The notes under the pieces are model-generated. The model was not told where the DNA came from, did no database searches, and saw nothing but the letters and a program-made list of their open reading frames with translations. A program made the position numbers and the translations under genes. A stretch of DNA of 62,821 nt, counting the filler. It is 4 parts of 4 records of this genome, joined end to end, with 100 filler letters (N's around TTAATTAATTAA, not from the genome) between each part and the next. Parts side by side here need not be neighbours in the genome. Positions count along the whole stretch, not along the records: positions 1 to 19,630 come from SRR2962707_1086; 3 more parts are not named here. One strand, written 5' to 3'. This document shows, piece by piece, positions 1 through 12,000 of the stretch; positions within the stretch are counted from its first letter, which is position 1, and each line of letters starts with the position of its first letter.

Positions 1-24
1 CTGCTGCTGCTGCTGCTGCTGCTG
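1..24. repeat. (CTG)8 trinucleotide run, poly-Ser in the giant ORF; contig end
   Basis: ctgctgctg... at window start reads AGC AGC... in the coding frame; the assembly probably broke here. Confidence 0.85.
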
Positions 25-3000
25 CGAAGCAACTTAGTCCCCACCTCCGAGAGGTCAAGTTCGCCGTGGGCCACTCGTTCAACATTGCGCGCGGCTTCCA
101 GCGCCACCTCGGCCGTAGCGCGTGTCGGTGAATCCTTTGGAAGGGTGTCCACGATGCTCTGCCACGCAGCGCTGTCCCCGAAAGCGCCACCGCCACTGCC
201 GCTGCCTCCGCCGCCCTGCAGCGCCAGTTGGCGTTCCACCATGCTTCCGACCTGCAGCCCCAGCGCCTGGTTGTCCATGAGGGATCCCAGGACCTGCCCC
301 ACCGACCTCCGCCCGTCGACGAGGGAGCGCAAGGCGTCCATTGCGTCGGCAGCCGTGTCGTCGTCCGGCGTTCCAGCCACGGCTTGAATGACTCCAGACA
401 CAACCGCCCCGTCACTTGGCTCCTCCAGCGCAGTTGCCAGTGCCGCCACGGCCTGCGAATTGGGTGCCACACCCCGAAGCAGTGCCGCGACGCTGGTGGC
501 GTCGGCTCCTTGCGTGGCTGCCTGCGCCACCACATGTGCCACCTCTGCCAGTTGCTGAAGGTCGTTGCGGTGCGCGGCGCCCTGCTTCGTCGCAGTCGCA
601 GCCTTGACCAACTGCTTGATAGCGTTGGTAACGCCGTTGCCGCCGGCGATCGCAGCCCTGCGCACAGCGGTCAATGCCTCAAGTGTCACTGCTCCCTCGG
701 GGTTCATGGTCCGGCCAGCAGCCTGGAGAATTGCTTCCACGCTGTCGGGGAAGTCTCCCGCAACCGTGACGTCCGCCAGGTCCTCCAGCGTCAGCTCGCC
801 GCTCTGCTGAAGCACGCGGCCCAGCCGGTCGAGGCGGTCGCGGTTTTCAACTGCGACGGCGGGGCTGTTTTTGATGTGGTCCAGCACTGCCTGTAGCGGC
901 CACGCCGCCGCGGATAGGTTCGGAGCGGTCCGCAGGTCGTCGGCCGAAAGCGAGTTGTTCAGCACGCGGCCTGCCAGGGCTAGCGTTTCCTGGATGTCCT
1001 CGCCGCCAGGCAACGCGGCCAGCGCCTCCAGAGGCACGGCTCCGGTGCGCAGCAGTGCTTCCAGGGCGCGCCCCGCGGCACTGTGCCCGCCCAGTGTCGC
1101 CGCCAGGTCGGCTTTGCGGGAGTCCGCACCGCCACCCTTGCTGCCAAGGAGTTTCTGCGCCACCTCAATGGCTTCCCGCGCGGCAGGGTCCTTTGCCAGC
1201 ACCTCGTGCATTGTGGCGAGCGTGGCCACCAGGTCGCCGCGCCCGCCGCCATCCACCAACCGAGCCACGTTCTGCAGCGCTCGACTGCTGGCTGAGGAGG
1301 GCGAAGACCCGTTCGCGTTGCTGGCCAGCCGCGACGCGGAGGCGAGCATGCCGGCGACGTCGCCGCGCGTCATGGATCGGAGCAACGCCGCCAGTGTCTC
1401 ACCGCCGCCGCTGCTCTTGCTCTGAGCGCTGGCGACCTTCGTCACGAGTGCCGCGATTCCGTTGCACCCGTCCAGCATCTCCAGCATGTCGCACGCCTCG
1501 CCCACCACAGGAGCGCTTGGGTCGTCGGGCCCAAGGAGCTGTGCTGCCTCGCGAACGGCCGCCCGTACACCCCCGCTCACCTGTCGCTTCTGCGCTCCCG
1601 CTCGCCGAAGCGACTGAGACAGGCGTTGCAGGGCAATCAATGCGTTGCGCGTTGCCCCTACGCCACGCTCCTGCCCCAGCAGCCCGACAATGTGTGCGAC
1701 GGCGTCCTGTTCGTGACGGCTGCTTCTGGTGCTGCTGCTGCCGGCCACCGCTGTGGCCACCGCCGCCGCCACCGCTCTCAGTTCGGGCTCTTGGCCGTCC
1801 GCCGTCATGCGAGACAATGCCAACAGTGGCTGGTCGAATCCCTCCGCCAGCGCTGCCGTGGCGCGCAACACATCTTGTGCGCGGCTCGGTTCCATCGTGG
1901 CCGCGACGCGCGACAGGGCTTGCGGCAAGTCTGCCGCTGACGCGCACTGCGCCACCGCCCGCAGTGCGCCCCACCGCGGCTGTACGTCCAACGCCACTGC
2001 CGCCGGCTCTTGCGCCGCAGCAAGGCGCGTGCGGTCGCCTTGGAGGTAGATGCGCGTGACACCAGCGAGCACGTGTACCTGCGCGGTGTTCCGCACAGCC
2101 CGCAGTCCGTCGCTGCGGCAGTCGACGCTCGCGGCAAAGTTGAGGAGGTGTGCCAGTAATCCGAGCACCTCGCGGTCCCACGTCGCCCCCAGGCCTTGCG
2201 GGAACGCCAGGCCATAGAGCGCGCGCGATGCGTTCATGACTGCTTGGATGGACGCCACGCGCGGGTTGGCGCGTGCCTGGTCCGTGTGGTGCGACTGCTG
2301 CAACCGCTGAACGGCCTTGCAGAGCCGTGCCAGTCGGTCCCAGTGCTGGCCGTTGCCTGCGTGCCGGGAGAAACTGGCAAGTCGCTCGGTGGGCGTCCGA
2401 CCAGGCACTGCCAGCTCGCGGCACAGCTTGCTGGCGCGGGAGTCTGGCGCCAGGGCTTTCATGACCTTGCACAGTCCGTTGGTCAAGCCTTGCGCGGCAC
2501 TCTCCTCCCCGGCCTCGGCACCGTCGCCTGTGCCAGGCGTCCTCGCCTCGCTGTCAGCGACGTCGCCGGACCGCGAGGACTGCAGCGCCTCCGTCCATTC
2601 TTGCAACTTGTCCGGGTCGCACTTGGCTCCCCACAGCATGCCAGCCGAGCCAATGAACGAGAGCACCTGGACTGCCAGCGCGGGCCCGCTGGCGCCAGAG
2701 TGCATCAGCTTCGAGACTGCGTCGAGGCAGCGGCACCACAGGTCCGCGCGCAGTGACACAGCGAGGCGCTCAAACAGTTGCACGACGCGCTCCACCACAA
2801 GCGTGGTGGGCGTCACTGCCGGCGCGGTAGTGCCGCGCGACGCGCTGCGCCCCTGCAGCTGCAGCTGGCGCTGCTGCTCACTTCTGTCGAAGAACAGCTG
2901 TACAATGGACCCCAGCGGCCGGCTGGCGTCGCGCAGCTGCCGCAGGGCCGCCAGCAGCGCGTCCGGGCGAGTGCTGTTGTCTGACAGTTGCGCGTGCAGG

Positions 3001-6000
3001 AGCCCAAAGTCCAGCACGCAGCCGAACACGCCGGCGATATTGCCGCGCTGCCACGCCTTCAGCAGGCTGCACACCACCTTCTCAAGCTGTACCAGGTCCG
3101 CATCACTGAACGTGCCCGCTGTTGCGCTGCGAAGGGCATTCATGCGCTTGTAAACGTTGTCGGCGCTGGCAGAGTCGGCGCCACCTCCTCCGCGGCCGCC
3201 CCTCCGACTCTGCGGTGAGTCGGCCGCCGGCAGCGCGGGCAGGCACCACGTCAGCGGTGCCCACAGTTTGTTGGCGGCCTCTACCAGGTTGTTGCTGCTG
3301 CCACCGGTGCCGGCGGCGGGCTTACCAGCGCTGTCGCCAGCCGTCAACAGTGCGGCAATGTCGATCAAGTCCAGCAAAACCCCTGGCGTCCCAAGGCGGT
3401 TCTTCTTCGCCAACTGCCCCACCGTCGTCCGCATGGTGCTGAGCCGGGCCGTCACGGCCTCGCCAAACATTAGCCTGCCGAGCCCCACCAGCGTGCCGTG
3501 GGGGTCCCGCGCCTCCAGGGGGTCGGTCAGTGGGCACTCTGGCATCGCCAGAATGGATGTCCAGACGCGGAGCATGGGCCAGGGTCGGTCCGCCTCGAAG
3601 AGGAATCGCGCACGCTCCCCGGCTGCCCCGGGCAGCATGCGCACAATGTCTGACGCCCGGAGCGTGCCTTGGAGCAGCCGCTCCATCTGCCCCACGCACT
3701 GGGGGGCGACGGCACGGGCTGCGCGGAGCGCCACCTGCAGCGCCGCATCGCTCTCGAACTCCTGCTCCCGCTCCTGCTTCTCGCTGCCGCCAACGCCAAC
3801 GCCGCCAACACCGGCGGCACCACCCACGCCACTGACTGGACTCTGCGCTCGGCTGCTGCGCGGGCTCTTGCGGTTCTGCCGTCTCACCAGCTGCGCGGCC
3901 GCGCCGATCCACGCTGCGAGGCGCGTCGACCCAGCGACAGGGAGGAGGATCTTCGCCAGCAACGTGACTGCAAAGTCGCCGCGCGCCACCTTGGACGGGA
4001 TGCTGTGAAACAGCTGCTGCGCGCGCCGGAGGGCTGGCTCGAGCCCCGCCGCCAGGCCGTCCGCGTCGGCCGGCGCGAGGGAAGCCAGTGCCACCACAAC
4101 AATGTCCTCCTTGCGCGCGTCCAGGCGCGCCGGCTTCCACGCCACATCGCAGGCCACCGGCAGCAACACGCCCATGCCCGCGCGGCCGCAGAACGGCCGG
4201 TACACAGTGTTGACGAGGCGTGCCAGCACGTCGGGCGATGGCATGCGCGTCGCCTTGAACGCCTTCTTGAGCTCCCTCAGCGCCTCGCGGACGCCGGCTG
4301 CCTTTTTGTGCTTTTTCGGGAACAGCGCGCCGGCCGTGCGGCCCGGTGCGCTGCGCAGCGCGTCCGCGCCGGCCGCCAGCTGCTTGGTCAACGCTTTCTC
4401 CGGCAGCAGCAGCCAGGTGGACAGCGCCACGCTCTGGTCGAGGGGCAACTGCTTCCCGGCCACGAAGCCCGCCAAGCCTTCGTGGAGCTGGCCAGCAGGT
4501 GGCTGCTGGAGCCCCAGCAGCGACCGCAGCAGCAGGCCGCCGCAGAGCGCCGACCACCCCTCGTCCGACGGCGGGCCGTTCGCGCGCATCTGCCGGTTCC
4601 TGAGCTTCCGCCTTCGCTCCTGCTGCTCCCCGCACTTCTCGTCGTGGCAGTCGGCTGCTCCATCGGCAGGCGCGTCGAAGAAGCGCGCGTCGATGAGGGG
4701 GTGCAACAGCTCGGCATCGCTCCACGCTGGCGTCGGGATCCCGCCCAGGGCGGACCGAGACCCTGCCGCCTCCTCCTTGCCCCCCTTGCGAGCACCGCCA
4801 CCGCCACCAGTGCTTCCACGGCTCACGGCCTTGGTGGCTCGCAGCTTGAGGTACACCGTCTGCTCATCCCGCGCGACTGCGCCGTCTCGCAGGCATAGCG
4901 CGTTGGATTCCACAAAAATGCGGTGCGCCTGCTCGCCCACGCTGCCCTGCCCACCAGCGAGCCGCACGTCCAAGGCAAAGGCTCCAACTTGCCCAGCCTG
5001 CAGCACCATCGACGCGGAGGTGGCTTGCATGGCCACAGTGAACTGTGGGGCGTTCGTGTTGTCGCTGCGCGTAGAGAGCATGAGCGTCGCATTGCCAGTG
5101 TTGCGCACTGGCACCATGACTTCCAGGCGGTCTCCGCGCTTCACGCGCACCTCCAATACTTTCCGCGGCAGCACCAGCCGCGGGCGCTTTACGTGCAGCG
5201 CCCACGGCACGCTCAGCGTCTCCCCGTCCGACAGGCGGAAGCGGAAGTGCCCTTCGAGGAGTCCCGGCGGCGGCACCTCGGTGAGGGCGACCTGCAGGAC
5301 GAAGTCGTGTGGGCTCGTCGCGGCCACCTGCGCGCCCGGGGCCGGGGTGTCGCACACCCACCCGGGCCCGGCCGCCCCCACCGTGTCGGCGCCAACGAAA
5401 TCGACGCCGGTGTGCGACCCCGCGTTGGAGCAGCGCAGCGTCACGCGGGTCCAGGCAAAGCGGTTGTCAACGAGGTCGTCGGCGCGGCCCAGGTCCAGCA
5501 CCAGCGGTTGCGGCTCCAGCACCCGGAAGACCACCTGCGGGTATGACAGCTCGATGCGCCAGCGGAGGTCCTGCGGCGTCGGCACGCCCTCCACGTCAAG
5601 GGCGAGGCGGACCGTGCGCTGCAGGCTACTACTGCTCCCCGAGGTGGGCCGTACCAGCGCGACCGCTGTGTACGCCACCTCCACCGCCTCGCCCGGCGGC
5701 ACCTGCTGCGAGCCGCCGCCCAACAGGCTGATTCCGAACTTGTCCGAGCCCTCCACGACGCGGAGGCGGAAGCGGAGCGTGGCACGGTCCATGGTGTTGT
5801 GGATCCAGAAGCTGCCCTCCTGGGGAGCGGCACCCGTGAGCGTGGTCGAGGGGATGTCCAGCAGCTCTCGGTCCGCCTCCGGGTCTGGCCCGTGACGCAG
5901 GCAGTAGCGCGCGCGCACAAAATGTGTGCGAATCGTATAGTGCTTGATGGAGCTCTCCAGGTTGCTGCCCACGCCAATGCGCACGTGGGCGTTGCGCGTG

Positions 6001-9000
6001 GTCACTTCGCCGCCTGTGTCTTGCAACGGAAGCTTCTGGCTTTTTGTCTGCAAGCGCCACCGGCCACATTGGCCCGGGGCCAGCACCAGCGGCTGGGCCG
6101 GCTCCAGGTGCATGAGGTGTCCTGAAGAGGGGCAGTCGGCCACGAGCCGCACATTCGACTGCATGGGGTTGTGCACCCGCACGTCCGCCGCCGGCATGTC
6201 CCACGCGCCGAAGACCACCACGCCCATGTCCAGCACCTCAGGGCCAACAGGACCCGCCTGCTTGTCCGGCGCCGGTGTTGTCTTGAACTCCACGCACACG
6301 GGCTGCATGAGTGCCCGGACGTGGAAAGTGAGACGCGGGCCACCGCCTCCCACCTGGAGGTGGAAAGCCTCCTCCACCAACTCGGCCGTGTCGCCCAGGG
6401 ACACGCGCACGTCGAAGTAGTCGCGGCCGGCGATGGGGATGGTGTCGGGCTTGTGGCTGAGCTTGAAGCGGCGCAGCGCTGCCGCGTCCCAGTCTAGCGA
6501 CAGCGTCTGCCCGCTGCGGTTGAACAAGCGGATGCTCCGCGTCTCCAGCCCGCCCTGGCTGTCGACGGCCAGCGCGCCAAAGTCCACTGTGTGCTCGCTC
6601 ATCGCCACTTGCAGTCCCGGCGTCACGACGACCGACAGGTTTGCCGTAAGGTCCAACGCCCCCAGTAGTGCGTCGTCCTTGCTGTGGCGCCCAGACTCCT
6701 GCGCGTCCTTCGCCGCCAACAACGGCTCCGCCGCGTCTGCGTGGGTGGCTCGCGCGCCCTCGGCGAACTTGCGCGCCAGCTCCGCGCGCTGGGTCCGCTT
6801 TTCGCGGCGCTCGTGCAGCGTCTCCCACGCCTGCGCGAGGTTGCGGTGGCGCTCCGCCAGGAACTTGCCCTGGGGGTGCAGCCCCGCCAGCTTGCGCAAG
6901 TGACTCGTCGCCTCGACCTGGTCCGGCCGCGCCTTGTGGCCCGCGCGCTGCGTCGCCGTGGCCTCGACAAGGTGCGCCAGCGTGACTTGGTACAGGCGCT
7001 CCACCTCCACCGGCACCTGCGCCACGACCCGCTTCTGCAGCTGCAGCGCGCGTATCTCGACGCTGGCCACTTGCTCGGTGTGGAAGTCGCGCAGCGATGT
7101 CTTGGGGTTCAGCGCGCGGGCCGTGTCGGCCGCCTGGCGGAACCGGAATTGGGACGACGAGAGGCCGCCGAGCCTGTTGTTGTTGGCGAAGAACGGCTGG
7201 CGCTTGAGCCCGTGGAACTTCGAGACGCGGGCCTCCAGGCCCGTCCAGGTCAGCGCAACGCCGTCGCAGCTGAAGCCTTGCGCCGAGGTGACAATTGCGC
7301 GGATGCTCTGCTCCATCGGGTTGTACAGCTGCTTGCACGCTTGCTCGTCGGCTGCCTGTTCCGACTTGGCGCGCTCGCTCTGCCGTTCCTTGTCTTCGAG
7401 CGTCCGGATTGCCGTATCCACGTCCAAGCGGCTGGGAGCGCGCGGCATGTCACGCACTGTGTCCTTGACCTTGTTGATCTCGTGCGTTAGCTCCTCCAAC
7501 CCGGTTTTCGTCGTCTCAAAGCGTCCTTGCCTGTTCGGAAAGCCTGCCCAAAGTCCGTCTAGCTTGTCAGTCGGCACAGAAGTGCCTCCTCGTCCCTGTC
7601 CGTTGCCCCTCGCCGCCCCTCCTCCACTAGCACCTCTGCTGCCACCACTGCCGCCACTGCTACCTCCTTTGGCAGCCACGTCGCGTGCCGGCGACGCGGT
7701 CACAGCACTGAGCTCAAACGTGTAGCTCAAGGGCGAAGGAGTGCACTGAAAAACCAGTTCGCCAGATGTGCGCGTTGTTGTCTGCATGCTGTTGCTGCGC
7801 AGGTCGTGGACGTCCCACGTTCGAGGATCGTACTCTTCAGTCACGTCACCGCTTCCGGTTCCCGTAAAAAACTTCTTGGCACCGTCAACAATTTTTCTGA
7901 ATAAATTAGGTTTCCACTTGCTCCGGATGGTCAGCAGGAACCGGTCAGGATCTTCCACAAACACTTTGCGGGTGCTGGAGGAAGCCATGTGTATGGAGCC
8001 AGTAAGCCTCCCGCCCACCACGTCGATCCAGCCGGAGCAGCCCTTGCCAACCTCGAGGGTGATTTTGAACTGGCATGCAACACGGACCAGCCCCACTCGC
8101 CCAGCATCCATCGGAAAGTGTGCCATCAGGCAGCTCGCGACGCCAGGGATCTTGGTGGTCATCTGCGTCGACTTCAGGAAGCAGGCATACCCGGCCGCGA
8201 GAGCAGCGCCCGCTTGGGCAATCCAGTCGCGGCGCTGCTGCCACTGCTGGAGCTTGTTGTCGTACGCCGCCTGGTTTCTTGCCAAGGCGGCCAGGCAGTC
8301 GTCCTTCCGCGTGCGCAGTTGCACGAGCACTCGCTTGAAGTTATCGCGGCGGCGGCTCTGCCGCTGCGCCACCATGTCCCGCACGGCAGCCTGAAAATCC
8401 TGGACCAACCTGTCGACATCGCGCCGCAGCTCCGCGAGGTGCTCGGCCGAGTTGCGCAGGGCCAGGGCTGTGCGGGTCTTGAGCGACTCGCGCAGCGATG
8501 TCACCACGCCGCCCTCGAAGGTCAGCTGCTGGCGGAGCACGGCGAAGGCACCGTCGGCGCGGCCGGGCTGCATTGCGTCGTTGAACGGCATGGCGAGAGC
8601 GACCGACGTCCTGGCGCTGACGCGCTTGAACGTGGTCATCAGGCGCTGCTCCAGCGCCTCTGGCGCGATGGCGTACAGCGCGATGCACAGGTTGGACAGG
8701 TCGCAGACGCCCGCGCGCAGCAGGCGAGCGGCCATCTGCTCCTGCGTCACCCACGCCTCCAGCAAGGTAGCCAGAAGTGCCGGGTCCATGTCGCGAGGGA
8801 GCTTGCGGCCCAGCTGCTGCACCAGCGTGTCCAGGTCTAGTGTGTGGAGCAGGCAGATGACGCCGCGGTTGAGGAACGGCACGTTCACGTCCTTCGCCGA
8901 CAGCTGCCCCTCCCCTGCATTGGCGTCGCCATCGACGCCAGCACCCCCACTGCCGCTTCCGCTGCTGCCGACGTGGTCGTCGCGGAACAACAGTGGCCTC

Positions 9001-12000
9001 CATGCAACGGCACCGTCATCGACACGCACGCATGCCGCGTGCCAGCCCGGGCCCGGGTCCGCCTCGGCCAGCCACAGGTCTGGCTCGCCCGCCAGGCTGG
9101 CGAGTCGCTCCTGCACGCGCCGCGCCGTCAGGGCCAGGAAGCCGTCGCGCATGCCGAAGATCTGAAGCTTGGTCGCCTCGCGCCCCAGTGTGCGCGTGCT
9201 CTCCACCACGTAAGCCAGCGCACTCGAGGCGCGCGGGCGCAGCTGCACGGTCTCGTTGCGCCACGCCACCAGCGCCCGCAGCAGCTTGCCCGCAGCCTGC
9301 CCGTCTCCCTGCACTCGCGGCCACTGCACCTTGTACGCAGCATCGTCGTCAAGGCAGTTCGATGCAGCGCTGCTGCCCGCCACCCTCACGACAGGGGCGG
9401 CCGCGCGGACCAGCGGCGCGCGGGCAAGTTGCTCGAAGGCTTCAATGCCTGAGCTCCACGCCTCGACCTCGCGGACGGTGAGCCCGCGGTCGCGAATGAT
9501 GTTGGCCGTGGCGCAGCCGCTGAGGTCCTTCGGCGACTTGATCAGGCCAGCGGCAGCCTCTGCCAGCATGGCCGCCAACTGCGTGGCGGCGAAGCCAGTC
9601 AGGCACAGCGGCAGAAGCCCGCGGAATGGACGAAGGGCCTCCGTGAGCGCCACGTAGGGCGACGGAATGCGGCGGTGCCGCGCAATGTGCGACACGCGCG
9701 CCAGCGCCTGGCGCAAGCACAACAACTCGTGCTGCATGCGAAGAATATCGCCCTGGCGAGTGCTGGCGGCCAGGGCTTCGCCCACCACGCCGGCCCTCCC
9801 CTTGGCCTCGGCCCACAGTTCGCGGATGCCCCTGGACGTCGTGGCGCGCCCGCGATCGAACACGCGCAGGCTTGTGTCAATGGCGCGCCAGCCAAGCCGC
9901 CTCACGTAGCCTCCGCCCGCTGGGATCTCGTCGCCGCCACTCGTGCCCGCCTCCCCAAGCTGCTGCTCCCGCCGCGACGTGTCCTGCAGCTGCAGCACGC
10001 GCGCGAGGCGCGACGCATGCTGCAACACTTCCTCCTGGGGTTTCTGGGCGCTGGCCGAGTCCAACAGCACTTGCATGTGTTGCGCGAGTGTGCCCCACTC
10101 GGTCGCCGAGTCCCGCGCCCGGGCGTACTCCCCCGCAGCGAAGCGTGCACGCTCCTGTGCCCAGCATGCCATGACGTGGGCCACGCTGCCGACGGCGGCC
10201 TCGACGTGGCGCAGTAGGCGCGACAGCGCGGTGTGAAGCGGGGTGTCTGGCGCAAGGCCCACGAGCGCGTCCCTGGCGCGCTGGAACGTGCACGCCGGGA
10301 CAATCACCGGACCACCCAGCAGATCGTCGGCTGCGGCGGGCCAAGCGGCCAGGGATCCGAATGTGGCGGTCTCGGCCGCGACCAGACTGCTGACATGCGC
10401 CCTGAACACCTCCGAGGGCGTGGTGGCGGCAACGTTGTTGCTGCTGCCGTTCCCTGGCACAGCCTCCTCCTGCCCCTCCTCGCCTCCGCCGCCGCTGCCG
10501 TTGCGGTCCGGCAGGCTCAGTGCGCACTTGACGCGGGAGATTGTCCTGGAGCACTCCAGGAGCAGCTCCTCCACAGCTTGCGTGACGCGAGCCCGCTGGG
10601 CCTCCTGGCGTCCGTGCTGCTGGTCCTGAACGCGTTTCCTCGCCTCGGCAACCAGCACGTGCTGGCGTTCCTTGGCGTCTTTGCAGCGCTCCACCTCGTG
10701 TTCGCAGTCATCCAGGGCCCTAGTGGCGCGTTTGAATCGCAGCATGTTCCGCTCGTCGTCCTGATCGGCAGCCAGGAGGTCGAGGTTCGTGTTGGCCTCA
10801 TCGAGCCGCGTCATGGCGGCATTGTAGCGGTGCCCAGCCTCGGTGTACGCCTTCTCCTTCGCCTCCACGTCGCGCTTCGCCTGGTCCACACCCACACCCT
10901 CGTCTGAGAGCACGACGTCATCGAGGGCAAGTGCACTGAGGTAGTGTTCCACCACAGTCTTGGACGCGTTGAACAGGAGAAAAGAGAGCCCCAGCGAGAA
11001 CGGAGCGCAATCCTCGAGGGAAGCAAACGCGAACGAGTCGCCCATGCCGCCGCCGGCTCCGGTTCTGCAGTGGTGCTTGATCAGCGTGTCCAGCAGGCGC
11101 GTGCTGGCGGTGGTGAGGGCCTCGTTCAGATGAACGAGGTCGTCGCCCGTCAGCGCGCACCCGCCGGCGTGAGCATTCGCGTCGGCGCCGCCGCCGTCGC
11201 CGCCGCTGCCATCCCCTCCATCGCCGTCGGCGGCCTTGCCCGGCACGGACACCGCGCCCAGGGACGGGCTGTACCAGGCAGGCGCAGGAACCGCGCCCGT
11301 GGGTGTCTCGCCTTCCGTGCTGGCAGGAACAGCAACAGTCACAGTGCCGGTAATCGTGCGAGGAGGCGCCAAGCTCATCTCCCCGGCCCTGCCAGCCGCA
11401 ACGTCGTCGTACAGGCGCTGCGCCCACGGCAGGGCGTCTGGGCCGGGGCACAGGCCCAGGATATCCACGAGGTGAATCGCCGGCACCACCAGCGTCACGG
11501 GTACCGTGGCAAACCGCCACAGCACTCCCTTGAGCTGGCGGCTGGCGCTGTCCAAGTGCCGCAGTGTGTGCATGGCTTGGATCAACGTCGGCGATCGCAG
11601 GTCGACCCCCGCGAGAAGGCCCAGCGCGGGTCCCGGCGTGGCCGCCGTCGTCGTTCCTTGCTGCTGGTTCTGCTGCAGCTTCTGCTGCGCGAGCAGCCGC
11701 TCCAGCCGCTCGTCGCAGAACTGGGCCATGGCCTTGTGCAGTGCCTCGCGCCGGACAGCGCCCTCGTCGGCGCTCTCGTACAGCCGGCCCAGCACGGCAG
11801 TCCCGAGCTCGCTGGACAGCCGGCACAGTGCCTCCGTGAGCGGCTGGAGCGGCTCCGTGGACTCGGGTGCCAGGGCGGCCAGGACGCTCAGCCACTGCTG
11901 CTGTTGGATGCGGCCCTTCGCCACGCTGACCACGGCGTCGGCACCCATGACGCGATCACCCGACGCAACTGCCACACCGTGCCCGTTGCCGCCGCCCTGG

